In this document: positions 35,765 through 45,207 of the stretch, piece after piece | How the letters are laid out: each line of letters starts with the position of its first letter | Position numbering within the stretch: position 1 is the stretch's first letter | NCBI GenBank assembly: GCA_965216875.1 | Contig: OZ244207.1 | Span: forward strand, 8,160,001-8,224,000 | Origin: Rubripirellula sp. | GTDB lineage: Bacteria > Planctomycetota > Planctomycetia > Pirellulales > Pirellulaceae | Reading direction: 5' to 3' | DNA length: 64,000 nucleotides | Program-made: the position numbers and the translations under genes | The notes under the pieces: generated by a model | The model's input: the letters and a program-made list of their open reading frames with translations, nothing else | The model's database searches: none | What the model was told of the DNA's origin: nothing

Positions 35765-36514
35765 ATGTTGCTTCATTGCCTGGGGACGGTTGGTTATCAC
35801 CCGAATGAATCGCGGCATACTTCGTGTTATTTCTTGCCCGAGTCGGGGATCGTTCTCGATGCAGGCTCGGGGATCTTTCGGTTGCCGAAGCTGATCGAAA
35901 CCAACACGCTCGATATCCTGCTGAGCCACGTGCACCTCGACCACGTCATGGGGCTAACCTTCCTCTTGGATGTCCTCTATCAGCGGCCCGTCGATCGACT
36001 GCGCATTTGGGGTGAAGCGGCGAAGCTCGAGGCAGTCAGGACGCATCTCTTTAGTGAGCTGATTTTTCCACCGCAGCTCGATGCGGAGTGGATGGAGATC
36101 GACGAACTGGGTGAGTTTCAAGTTGGTGATGTGACGGTGGCGTGGCGGCCACAGGATCATCCGGGAGGTTCGGTCGCCTATCGGCTCGATTGGAAACATC
36201 CCGAGAAGAGGCTGGTTTACGCCACCGATACGCGGGGCGACGTCACTGCGGAGCATGCGCGGTGGTCGGCTGATGCGGATCTACTGATGCACGAGTGCTA
36301 TTTTCGTGATTCGGCGGCCGATTGGGCGGAAAAGACGGGGCACAGTTGGACCAGCCGCGTCTGCGAGGTCGCTGAACTTTCCCAGCCAAAGCGATTGCTG
36401 GTGACGCACATCAATCCTCTCGAGGGGGCGGCCGACCCGGTCGATTTGCCGGAGATTCGGAAGCGGGTCGGGGATGTGATGCTGGCTGAGGATGGGTTGG
36501 TTGTGGAGTTTTGA
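35765..36514 (+). CDS. Metallo-beta-lactamase-fold hydrolase, RNase Z-like
   Basis: LGTVGYHP...RHTSC, LDAGSG, SHVHLDH (HxHxDH), YATDT, HECYF and THINP motifs. Confidence 0.85.
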   Translation: MLLHCLGTVGYHPNESRHTSCYFLPESGIVLDAGSGIFRLPKLIETNTLDILLSHVHLDHVMGLTFLLDVLYQRPVDRLRIWGEAAKLEAVRTHLFSELIFPPQLDAEWMEIDELGEFQVGDVTVAWRPQDHPGGSVAYRLDWKHPEKRLVYATDTRGDVTAEHARWSADADLLMHECYFRDSAADWAEKTGHSWTSRVCEVAELSQPKRLLVTHINPLEGAADPVDLPEIRKRVGDVMLAEDGLVVEF

Positions 36515-36530
36515 GAGCGGAAGAGGTGAA

Positions 36531-36684
36531 CCACGGATTGCTCGGATCGCACGGATGAAGAGATAGGTGTGGGGAAGCGGGAGCCACGAATGGGGCGAAT
36601 TGCACGAATGAGGGTGTGGGTAGGAAGAAGTACACCACGGATTGCTTGGATCGCGCGGATGAAGAGATAGGTGTGGGGAAGCGG
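36531..36684 (+). repeat. Three tandem ~52-nt units, each opening with a 9-nt-periodic CACGRAT triplet
   Basis: 36531-36580 and 36635-36684 are 48/50 identical; the middle unit reads CCACGAATGGGGCGAATTGCACGAATG. Confidence 0.8.
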
Positions 36685-36791
36685 TGGAAAATTGGGGGCT
36701 GAACCGGGGCGCGGGAGCGGGTGTCTTGGTAGCAGCGTCGTTTGTGATCGGCAAATCCGGGCTTGTCCCGAAAAAACCGGGCAATTCCGTC

Positions 36792-36819
36792 TTGTCGCAA
36801 ACGGTTGGATCGCTACACT
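36792..36819 (+). promoter_or_regulatory. Putative sigma70 promoter of the tRNA-tuf operon
   Basis: TTGTCG-16 nt-TACACT followed by GC-rich CTGCCC, ~80 nt before the first tRNA. Confidence 0.5.
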
Positions 36820-36896
36820 CTGCCCTTCCAAGCCTCTGAATTGGGCGGAGAGCGATATCGGCTTCTCGGCACCGGTCCGAGAGGTGACGACGTCAC

Positions 36897-36969
36897 GCCA
36901 CTGTAGCTCAATTGGCAGAGCAGCTGATTTGTAATCAGCAGGTTAAGGGTTCGATTCCCTTCGGTGGCT
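36897..36969 (+). tRNA. tRNA-Thr (anticodon TGT)
   Basis: GCCACTGTAGCTCAATTGGCAGAGCAGCTGATTTGTAATCAG...GGTTCGATTCCCTTCGGTGGCT. Confidence 0.97.
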
Positions 36970-37062
36970 CTTTTGGCTCAAAACAATTCAAAATCAGCCT
37001 CACGGTAGAGAACACGACAGAACGATAAGAGACGAACCAACACGTTAAAGTTGGACAGATTT

Positions 37063-37144
37063 GGGGGTTTGCCCGAGTGGTTAAAGGGGGCGGACTGTAA
37101 ATCCGTTGGCTACGCCTACACAGGTTCGAATCCTGTAGCCCCCA
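37063..37144 (+). tRNA. tRNA-Tyr (anticodon GTA)
   Basis: GGGGGTTTGCCCGAGTGGTTAAAGGGGGCGGACTGTAAATCCG...GGTTCGAATCCTGTAGCCCCCA. Confidence 0.97.
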
Positions 37145-37300
37145 TTTTTATTCGCCGCGATGGCGGTTTTTGACTGAGACCGGATCTCCAAAAGAAGAGA
37201 ATGCCGGCTTCGGGCAAAGAGAACCGCGAGTGAGGCGAAAGAAAAGGCAAGGGAGACGTTTGTGAGCCCCCAGCGGCCTCGCGACGTTTCCACGAGCAGT

Positions 37301-37371
37301 GCGGGTGTAGCTCAATGGTAGAGCAGCAGCCTTCCAAGCTGAATACGAGGGTTCGATTCCCTTCACCCGCT
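37301..37371 (+). tRNA. tRNA-Gly (anticodon TCC)
   Basis: GCGGGTGTAGCTCAATGGTAGAGCAGCAGCCTTCCAAGCTG...GGTTCGATTCCCTTCACCCGCT. Confidence 0.97.
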
Positions 37372-37378
37372 TTGCCCC

Positions 37379-37454
<76 letters not shown>

Positions 37455-37823
37455 TTCAGTGGGCCAATTGCAAACCGAATGACATTCGGCGACAACTATG
37501 GCCAGACGCGGTTAGCGGCGTGCCCGTGCGGCACCGACGCACCGCGAAAACTGAATACTTTCCAAGCGATTTTGCGGCCTGCCAAGACGTTGGCCCGCTG
37601 CGAAAAGAACCGCTTGAGACTACCAAATACAAGAGGTCCGTGTCCCACGGTGGGATGCGGATGTTTCATTTCGTTTCGATTCTTAGTTGAACGATATTGA
37701 CCATTGCGGCCAGGTAATTGGCGAATCAACCGTGGGTGTGAACGCGGTCGCTGGCTATTTGGGCTGAATGAGAGCGTATCTCTGTTCAGTAGTGGCACGG
37801 TCATTTGTAGGTGAAAAAGAGAA

Positions 37824-39017
37824 ATGGCTAAGGCAACTTTTGAACGGACCAAGCCTCACGTTAACGTCGGCACGATTGGCCACATTGACCACGGCAAAAC
37901 CACAACCACCGGTGCTATCCTGGCTGTGCAAGCCGCAAAGGGATTGGCTGAGGCAAAGGGTTACTCGGACATCGCCAAGGGTGGTACGGTTCGTGACGAA
38001 ACCAAGACCGTGACCATCGCCGTGGCTCACGTCGAGTACGAGTCGGATAAGCGTCACTACGCTCACATCGACTGCCCGGGCCACGCTGACTTTATTAAGA
38101 ACATGATCACCGGTGCCGCCCAGATGGACGGTGCGATCCTGGTGGTTTCGGCCGCTGACGGCCCAATGCCACAAACCAAAGAGCACGTTCTGCTTGCTCG
38201 CCAGGTTGGTGTTCCTTACATCGTTGTCTTCTTGAACAAGTGTGACTTGGTCGACGACGAAGAACTGCTTGAGTTGGTCGAACTGGAAGCACGCGAGCTG
38301 CTCAGCCGCTACGACTTCCCAGGTGACGACGTTCCTGTCGTTCGCGGTTCGGCTCTACCTGCATACAACAGCCCTGCTGACCCAGACGCCAGCGCTTGCA
38401 TCAGCGAGTTGATGGACGCACTGGACGCCAACATTCCTGATCCTGTTCGTGAAGACGACAAGCCGTTCTTGATGGCCATCGAAGACGTCTTCTCGATCGA
38501 AGGTCGTGGTACGGTTGCTACCGGTCGTATCGAGCGTGGTGTGATCAAGGTTGGTGAAGAAGTCGAAATCGTTGGCTTGAAAGAGTCGACCAAGACGACC
38601 TGCACCGGCGTTGAAATGTTCCGTAAAGAAATGGAACAAGGCCAAGCTGGTGACAACGTTGGTTGCTTGCTCCGTGGTGTGAAGCGTGAAGACATCGAGC
38701 GTGGTCAAGTTTTGGCCAAGCCAGCCAGCATCACTCCTCATACCAAGTTCGAAGCAGAGGTTTACTGCTTGAGCAAGGATGAGGGTGGTCGTCACACACC
38801 ATTCTTCAGCGGCTACCGCCCACAGTTCTACTTCCGTACCACTGACGTGACCGGAACGGCAAACTTGGTCGACGCTGAAATGTGCATGCCTGGCGACAAC
38901 GTCAAAGTGACTGTCGAGCTGCACAAGCCAATCGCTATGGACGATGGTGTCCGCTTCGCGATTCGCGAAGGCGGCCGTACCGTCGGTTCGGGTGTTGTCT
39001 CGAAAATCCTCGAGTAA
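37824..39017 (+). CDS. tuf: Elongation factor Tu
   Basis: [43 protein letters not shown] and GGRHTPFF motifs; follows the Thr-Tyr-Gly-Thr tRNA cluster. Confidence 0.99.
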   Translation: MAKATFERTKPHVNVGTIGHIDHGKTTTTGAILAVQAAKGLAEAKGYSDIAKGGTVRDETKTVTIAVAHVEYESDKRHYAHIDCPGHADFIKNMITGAAQMDGAILVVSAADGPMPQTKEHVLLARQVGVPYIVVFLNKCDLVDDEELLELVELEARELLSRYDFPGDDVPVVRGSALPAYNSPADPDASACISELMDALDANIPDPVREDDKPFLMAIEDVFSIEGRGTVATGRIERGVIKVGEEVEIVGLKESTKTTCTGVEMFRKEMEQGQAGDNVGCLLRGVKREDIERGQVLAKPASITPHTKFEAEVYCLSKDEGGRHTPFFSGYRPQFYFRTTDVTGTANLVDAEMCMPGDNVKVTVELHKPIAMDDGVRFAIREGGRTVGSGVVSKILE

Positions 39018-39299
39018 GCCCAGAGCGAGTTTTCGCACGAGCCACAACCGGCGAGGCAACGGGAGCATCCCTGAGTCTCGCTGGTCCGATGGGTGGGGCT
39101 GGAGCCGGATCTGTCTTGCCAAACAAGCCAGTCTGACTTCAGCCCCACTTTTGGGTTCCAAAGGTCTCGTTGGTCATTGGCTTTTTCCGCCATTTTCGGT
39201 ACCATCTCGAGATTCACCCAAGAGCGGCGTGGCCAGCACGAAGTTCTTGAAGGGATAGGAATGCCACCAGCCTCGGTATTTCCGCCAAAAGTCCCACCC

Positions 39300-39372
39300 A
39301 GGGGTGTAGCTCAATTGGCAGAGCACTGGTTTCCAAAACCAGCGGTTGCGGGTTCAAGTCCCTCCGCCCCTG
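39300..39372 (+). tRNA. tRNA-Trp (anticodon CCA)
   Basis: AGGGGTGTAGCTCAATTGGCAGAGCACTGGTTTCCAAAACCAG...GGTTCAAGTCCCTCCGCCCCTG; canonical position between tuf and secE. Confidence 0.96.
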
Positions 39373-39540
39373 CTTTGATGGCTTGATATTTGAATGAATT
39401 GGGTTTTGGGCCGGCTTTTTCGACGGTTTGCCTCGATTGGGGTCGATCGGAATCGCAAAAGCGTTCAAAACCACAGAAGCACCGGACACCACGGACGGTG
39501 AACCGACCCTTTTTTTGATGTACTGAACAGGAGCAGACGG

Positions 39541-39984
39541 GTGTCTCGAGACATTGCAGGATCCAACAGCGCCCCGCTGACGTCAGAACTGTTTCAAACT
39601 TCGGTTTACAAACCCAATCAGGGACGCATCGTTCGTCAACTGACCGCGCTGGCGATTTGGGTGATCGTTGCCCTTGGTTGTTACCGCCTGTACAGCTCGC
39701 TGCAGGGTGCAGCCGACAGTGCAACGTGGACGACGATCCTGCCGGCCGTTTTGTTGGCGGGTGGAGCCTGGTTTGGATTCCGAGTGGTTAACTGGCCTCG
39801 ATTCGCCGACTTTTTGATCGCGGTCGAAGCCGAAATGAACAAAGTCACATGGCCGAGCAAGGATGAGTTGATCCGCGCTTCGATCGTTGTGATGTTCACG
39901 ATCTTTTTTCTGGCCAGTTCGTTGTTCCTTTTCGACATCGTTTGGCAATTCGTTTTCAGCACGATTGGCGTGACTTCCTCCTAG
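39541..39984 (+). CDS. secE: Preprotein translocase subunit SecE (three-TM form)
   Basis: FLIAVEAEMNKVTWPSKDEL motif; located upstream of nusG. Confidence 0.95.
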   Translation: MSRDIAGSNSAPLTSELFQTSVYKPNQGRIVRQLTALAIWVIVALGCYRLYSSLQGAADSATWTTILPAVLLAGGAWFGFRVVNWPRFADFLIAVEAEMNKVTWPSKDELIRASIVVMFTIFFLASSLFLFDIVWQFVFSTIGVTSS

Positions 39985-40040
39985 TATTAAACGCCTCGAC
40001 CTGTTGATCCCATCCTCACTTTGCCGAACCCGGTGTAAAC

Positions 40041-40838
40041 GTGAACGAAGCTGACACCTCCGACGACATCAAAGAACCCAGCGAGCCAGAGGCCGAAACG
40101 GTTTCGGGCGCAACGCCTGATGACGCAGCTTCGCAGGAAGCACCGGCCGACGATGCGGCTGGACAAGACGAGGTAGCCGGCGGAAGCGAAGCGGTCGCCG
40201 AAGAGAGTGCGGCACCAGAACCTCCGCCTGCCGCTCCAGAGCCTCCGCCAGCGGCACCCGCAACCGCACCGCCGCCAGCAGCGACTGATGACGAAGCGGT
40301 GATGGATTGGTACATCCTGAAGGTTGCCTTCAACCGCGAAGATTCCATCGCCGACGCGCTTCGCAAGCGAGTCAAGATGGAAGGCATGGACGAGTTCTTT
40401 GGCGAAATCGTTGTGCCGACCGAAGATGTCGCAAGCTTTACCCGTGATGGAAAACGTCGCATCAGCAAACGCAAGCTGCTGCCGGGCTACATCATGGTCA
40501 ACATGATCATCAACGATGACACGTGGTTCCTCGTCCGCGAGACCAACGGCATCAGCGACTTTACCGGCGCGGCAGGCAAGCCGATGCCAATGGAACCGTC
40601 GGACATCGAGCGGTTCGTCAAGAAACCAGACGTCGAAGACGACGAAGATACCCCCATCAAGACAACGATTCCGTTCAAGGTGGGCGATCGCGTTCGCGTC
40701 AAGGAAGGAAACTTCGAGAACCAAGAAGGCGATGTCGATGCCGTCGACGAAGCCAACGGCCGCGTGACGGTGATCATCAACATCTTCGGCCGCAGCGTGC
40801 CGATGGAACTTGATCACTGGCAGGTCGAACCGCTGTAA
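40041..40838 (+). CDS. nusG: Transcription termination/antitermination factor NusG with acidic/Pro-rich N-terminal extension
   Basis: [27 protein letters not shown] (KOW) and [10 protein letters not shown] motifs. Confidence 0.96.
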   Translation: MNEADTSDDIKEPSEPEAETVSGATPDDAASQEAPADDAAGQDEVAGGSEAVAEESAAPEPPPAAPEPPPAAPATAPPPAATDDEAVMDWYILKVAFNREDSIADALRKRVKMEGMDEFFGEIVVPTEDVASFTRDGKRRISKRKLLPGYIMVNMIINDDTWFLVRETNGISDFTGAAGKPMPMEPSDIERFVKKPDVEDDEDTPIKTTIPFKVGDRVRVKEGNFENQEGDVDAVDEANGRVTVIINIFGRSVPMELDHWQVEPL

Positions 40839-40947
40839 GAGACGACCGGCTGCCACGCCCTCGAGAAGGGCTGTGCATCAAACGCCACGTCGAATTCAGT
40901 ATCCGAACAAAAATCGAAACACCCAAACATTATTCAGTAGCCCAATC

Positions 40948-41373
40948 ATGGCAAAGCAAGTTACAGGACAAGCGAAGTTTCAAGTTCCCGGTGGACAAGC
41001 AACGCCTGCTCCTCCCGTCGGTACTTCGCTCGGTAAATTCGGTGTGAACCTTGGCCAGTTCGTCCAAGCGTTCAACGATCGCACCAAGGAATACAACGGC
41101 ACGCCGATTCCAGTCATCGTCACGGTCTACAACGACCGTAGCTTCGACTTTATCACCAAGAGCCCACCTGCAGCATCGATGCTCAAGCAAGCCGCTGGCA
41201 TCGCAAAAGGCAGCGGTGTGCCGAACCGCGACAAGGTCGCCAAGGTCACTCGCGCTCAATGCGAAGAGATCGCCAACAAGAAGATGGCTGACCTGAATGC
41301 TCGCAGCGTCGATCAAGCCGTTCGCATGATCGAAGGCACTGCTCGCAGCATGGGCATCGAAGTCGAAGGCTAA
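40948..41373 (+). CDS. rplK: 50S ribosomal protein L11
   Basis: MAKQV...[14 protein letters not shown]...FNDRT...KSPPAA...GTARSMG; start at ATG 40948. Confidence 0.98.
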   Translation: MAKQVTGQAKFQVPGGQATPAPPVGTSLGKFGVNLGQFVQAFNDRTKEYNGTPIPVIVTVYNDRSFDFITKSPPAASMLKQAAGIAKGSGVPNRDKVAKVTRAQCEEIANKKMADLNARSVDQAVRMIEGTARSMGIEVEG

Positions 41374-41414
41374 GCTTCGTTCCCTGAAGCCGCTTTGCGT
41401 TTGGTGATCGAGTC

Positions 41415-42026
41415 ATGCTTGTCGATATTGAATTGCCAGACGCCGTCGATCTTCCCGCACCGGCCGACGAGTCGATGCGGTTGATTACCGAGGCGAACGA
41501 ACGTGTGGATGCCTTCACGCGTTCGCACCGTCCGCGGATCGACAACTTTGTGGTGTGCGACTTTCCGTTGGTCGATTCTTGCCTGCAATGGATCGTCGCC
41601 GAGAACCTGCTCAGTGGTGACGCGTTCTGTGAATGGGGCAGCGGCTTTGGCGTCGTCACGCTGCTCGCTGCACTCCATGGCCTTGATGCAAGTGGCATTG
41701 AGGTCGAGCCCGATTTGATTGATCAAGCGGTGCTGCTTGCCGAGGACTTCGAGATCGAAGCTCAGTTCGGTTGCGGGAGCTTCATTCCGGATGACGATCA
41801 AGGGATGGTCGAAACGTTCTCAGAGATTGATCACGTCGATACCGAGAGCCGAAGCGGCTACGACGAAGTTGACAGCGACCTTGTCGACTTTGATCTCTTC
41901 TTTGCGTTTCCGTGGCCAGGAGAACATCATTTCTTTGAGAGTGTGTTCGAGCGGCACGCTGCTGACGGTGCGATGCTGTTGACCTTTCTAGGAATCGAGC
42001 AATTGCGTTTGCAACGCAAGGTGTAG
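41415..42026 (+). CDS. Class I SAM-dependent methyltransferase-like protein
   Basis: Motif I-like FCEWGSGFG, acidic GIEVE at beta2 and DLFFAFPWP motif IV-like segment. Confidence 0.7.
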   Translation: MLVDIELPDAVDLPAPADESMRLITEANERVDAFTRSHRPRIDNFVVCDFPLVDSCLQWIVAENLLSGDAFCEWGSGFGVVTLLAALHGLDASGIEVEPDLIDQAVLLAEDFEIEAQFGCGSFIPDDDQGMVETFSEIDHVDTESRSGYDEVDSDLVDFDLFFAFPWPGEHHFFESVFERHAADGAMLLTFLGIEQLRLQRKV

Positions 42027-42046
42027 GTCATGCTGTGCATGACACC
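42023..42046 (+). repeat. GTAG-initiated REP hairpin overlapping a stop codon
   Basis: GTAG-GTCATGC-TGT-GCATGAC-ACC; near-identical copy at 63477-63500. Confidence 0.75.
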
Positions 42047-42082
42047 ACCCAGACCTGAACTGCTTTGGACGTAATACCGGCC

Positions 42083-42584
42083 GCTAGTTCGTAGTACCGA
42101 GCTTTAGCCGGAATCTTCTCATGAACCGCCCAAAGCCTGGACTGCAAACAACGCCGCAATCGCGTAAGCGGCCTAGCGTTCTACTCGTCTTGCGCAACTT
42201 TAGTGGGGCCCGGCGCTAGCGCGTACGGCTCACGGGGAAAGGCCGGATTATTTGAGCTGCTAGTTCGTAGTACCGAGCTTTAGCCGGAATCTTCTCGAAA
42301 ACCGCCCAACGCCTAGACGGCAAACGGAGCCCTGATCGGGTAAGCAGTTCGGCCTATTACTGTTCTTGCGCAACTTTAGAAGGGCCCGACGCTAGCGCGT
42401 ACGGCTCACGGGGAAAGGCCGTGATTATTTGAGCGGCTAGTTCGTAGTACCGAGCTTTAGCCGGAATCTTCTCACAAACCACGCAAGGCTGGACTAAAAA
42501 TAACGCCGTGATCGCGTAAGCGGCCCAGCGTTTTACTCGTCTTGCGCAACTTTAGAAGGGCCCGACGCTAGCGCGTACGGCTCA
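42083..42584. repeat. BIME-like tandem array of three ~176-bp composite REP units
   Basis: Invariant GCTAGTTCGTAGTACCGAGCTTTAGCCGGAATCTTCTC with GTAG at 42091, 42267 and 42444. Each copy is followed by a degenerate inverted partner and by GCCC(G/A)CGCTAGCGCGTACGGCTCA-type sequence. Confidence 0.9.
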
Positions 42585-42627
42585 GGCCAAGAGGCCGCGA
42601 AGCGTACGTTGCGACGCGGAGTATGAG

Positions 42628-43578
42628 CTAAAGCTCGATGGTGAGTGATTGGCCGTTGGTGGTTCCGAAGACAACTCGGTTCGGCTCGGTTGGATCGACA
42701 TCGACTGCGTACAACCAACCTTCACTGACCTCGATCGTCTTCACCACATTGACGGTCGTCGGGTCGATCAACCGCGCCGATCCATCGCTGCATCCTGCGA
42801 CCAACATTTCGCCTTGTTGAACCCACGCGATGCAAAGTGGGGTCGCGGGGAGACGTGCGAACCGAACCATCCGCCCGATCGTCGGTTGCCAAAACCGAAC
42901 GCTGCGATCCTTTGATGCGGACGCGATCATTGGCAAGCCGTCCGTGGTTGGCCGGTTCGCCAATGCGGTGACATCACGTGAGTGGTGGTGAAGTGTTCGT
43001 TTCGTGTCGCCGTTGTCTGCGTCCCAGACTCGCAACGTTTGATCGCGTCCGGCCGAAACGATGGTTGAGTTGTCAGCGAGCCAGACACTCGCCGTGACGG
43101 CTCGCGAATGCTTGGTGTAACGCAGCGCCGGTTGTTTGGATTCGACCAAGAAAACGCTGCACACTTCATCGCCTCCGGCGGCGACCAGACGTTTGCCATC
43201 CGTTGTGACGCATAGGTCGTACACGACATCGCTACCGAACTCGGTTCGATGAACGACTTGACGTGTCTTGGTGTCGAGCAGCGCGACGCCTCCGAATTCG
43301 CCGGGTGTGCCGCCGGCGATTGCGATGTGATTGGATTGGCCGACGCGACTGATCGAGTGGATGTTGTCGAAATCAACGTCCTGGAGGTGAACCACGTCGC
43401 CCGACTTGGCCGACACCCATTCCAGCCCCGATTGTGAGCCACGGAAGATCGTTTCACCATCATGGCTGAACGCGACCGCGGTCACGGGAGGGTTGGTTCC
43501 CGCAGCGAAAGCCGGGCGAGAGAACGCGGTCGCGCCCATCAGGGTGATCGCCGCGCGTCGAGAGCAAGCAACACTCAC
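42628..43578 (-). CDS. WD40-repeat protein with possible Tat signal
   Basis: SRRAAITL leader; HSRAVT...SAGRDQTLRVWD and HSRDVT...SASKDRSVRFW; GTGA overlap with the DUF1501 gene. Confidence 0.88.
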   Translation of the reverse strand: MSVACSRRAAITLMGATAFSRPAFAAGTNPPVTAVAFSHDGETIFRGSQSGLEWVSAKSGDVVHLQDVDFDNIHSISRVGQSNHIAIAGGTPGEFGGVALLDTKTRQVVHRTEFGSDVVYDLCVTTDGKRLVAAGGDEVCSVFLVESKQPALRYTKHSRAVTASVWLADNSTIVSAGRDQTLRVWDADNGDTKRTLHHHSRDVTALANRPTTDGLPMIASASKDRSVRFWQPTIGRMVRFARLPATPLCIAWVQQGEMLVAGCSDGSARLIDPTTVNVVKTIEVSEGWLYAVDVDPTEPNRVVFGTTNGQSLTIEL

Positions 43579-44903
43579 GCAATCAACTCATCAATCACGG
43601 AACCGTCGCGGTTGATTTGCACGGGGCGGCCATCGCCTGTGTGCAGTTCGTGTTCACCCGAAATGCCTAGCAGGTGATAGACCGTGTGCGCCAAGTCGGA
43701 TGGTGTGACGGGGCGGTCCGCCGGGCGTTCGCCATGTGCGTCCGAACTGCCGATCACTTGCCCGCCACGAACACCACCGCCAGCCAACGCGACGCTAAAG
43801 GCACGCGGCCAGTGGTCGCGCCCGCCACGGGGATTCAACTTGGGAGTCCGACCGAATTCACCCATCACCATCACGAGCGTCGATTCGAGCAATCCACGTT
43901 GATGCAGGTCTTCAATCAACGCAGAGTAAGCGACGTCAAGTTTTGGGATCTTGCCAACGCTGCCACCGGTGTATCCCTGTCGAAGTCGTAGATCAAGTTC
44001 TTCGTGGGTGTCCCAGCCTCGATCGGTTACCGTAACAAACCCGGCGCCGGCCTCGATCAATCGCCGTGCCATCAAGCAAGACTGCCCGAGTTGGTGACGC
44101 CCATAGCGGCCGCGAGTGTCTGGTGTTTCTTTCGTCAGGTCAAACGCATCGCGGGCTCGTGTGGATGCGAGTAATCGGTAAGCCTGTTCAAAGGAGTCGT
44201 TGGCCGGCAGTTCACTCGCTTCCATTCCTTTGGCCAATTGATCGACCGCGCGGCGCATCGATTGCCGACGTTGAAGTCGTTGCTTGGAGAGGATGCCTGC
44301 GGAGGAAAGGTCTTGGACTTGGAAGTCTGGTCTGGATGGATCGCCCTGCACAACAAATGGCGAGGTCGATTGATCAAGGTACCCTGGGCCAGCCATCGCA
44401 TTGGGGCGCTGAAGTGCGATATTCACCGGCAGCGTTTTGTGATTGCCTCGCAACTGAGTCATGACCGAAGGCATGCCGGGATAGACGAGCGCCGGCGTCG
44501 GCTTGTATCCGGTCAACAGGTAGTGACTGGCAAAGTTGTGTTCGCCAAGGGTGGACGTCATCGAGCGAACGATCGCGATCTTGTCGAGTTGTGTTGCGGT
44601 TCGCGCCAAGTGCTCGCTGATTTGAATCCCGGCCACGCTAGTCGCAATCGGTCCGAATGGACCGCGAACTTCCGTTGGCGCGTTGGGCTTGGGGTCAAAC
44701 GTTTCCAAATGACTCGGGCCACCGTCAAGCCAAATCAAAATGCACGACGTCGCTCGTGGAAGACTTGATTCCGCCCCCTGTGCCCGAAGATTGAGCCAGT
44801 CACTTAGCGTCAATCCGAAGGCAGTGAGTCCACCGACATGCAAGACGTCACGTCGAGTTACCGCGTCACAGCGACGGTTCCAATGGTTTGTACCATTCAT
44901 CAC
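43575..44903 (-). CDS. DUF1501 family Tat-exported protein
   Basis: TRRDVLHVG, ILIWLDGGPSHLETFDPKP, CLMARRLIEAG, WDTH, GEFGRTP and GRDHWP motifs. Confidence 0.95.
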   Translation of the reverse strand: MMNGTNHWNRRCDAVTRRDVLHVGGLTAFGLTLSDWLNLRAQGAESSLPRATSCILIWLDGGPSHLETFDPKPNAPTEVRGPFGPIATSVAGIQISEHLARTATQLDKIAIVRSMTSTLGEHNFASHYLLTGYKPTPALVYPGMPSVMTQLRGNHKTLPVNIALQRPNAMAGPGYLDQSTSPFVVQGDPSRPDFQVQDLSSAGILSKQRLQRRQSMRRAVDQLAKGMEASELPANDSFEQAYRLLASTRARDAFDLTKETPDTRGRYGRHQLGQSCLMARRLIEAGAGFVTVTDRGWDTHEELDLRLRQGYTGGSVGKIPKLDVAYSALIEDLHQRGLLESTLVMVMGEFGRTPKLNPRGGRDHWPRAFSVALAGGGVRGGQVIGSSDAHGERPADRPVTPSDLAHTVYHLLGISGEHELHTGDGRPVQINRDGSVIDELIA

Positions 44904-45207
44904 AAGCTCGCACGCATTGTTTGTTCACCAACCAATTGCTGCCCGCAACGGCCCAGATAGGTTGTGCCTTGACGCAGGCACACCGATCGGACCGGTCACG
45001 TCAGTCTAACCGATGCAAATTGACGAAGGTACAAGTTATGACGGTTATCCGCGGCCTACGACATCGGTTATGGCGCTCAATTAAGGGGTATAATTCATCC
45101 TAGAGTGAGCGTTGTTTGCGGGGCTCGTCGAGCTCGTTGAACTGTTGGGGCTCTTTGGACCGTTGGGGGCTTTTTGGAAAGTTTGTTTGTTTGCCGAGGT
45201 GTGATCA

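Noticed and set aside
36281..36831. Minus-strand ORFs with repeated 'FIRAIRAIRG' peptides
   Set aside because: These are translations of the non-coding 9-nt-periodic repeat and overlap the MBL gene antisense.
39493..39517. Short hairpin plus T-run upstream of secE as a possible attenuator
   Set aside because: The stem is short and mismatched, too weak to support a call.
40041..40300. Acidic/Pro-rich N-terminal extension of NusG
   Set aside because: It is a low-complexity extension of a kind seen in several phyla, with no evidence of a separate function here.
42083..42584. Possible CRISPR array (38-nt invariant repeat x3)
   Set aside because: The intervening segments are ~139 nt and homologous to each other. 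The repeat also occurs singly elsewhere, and no cas genes are present.
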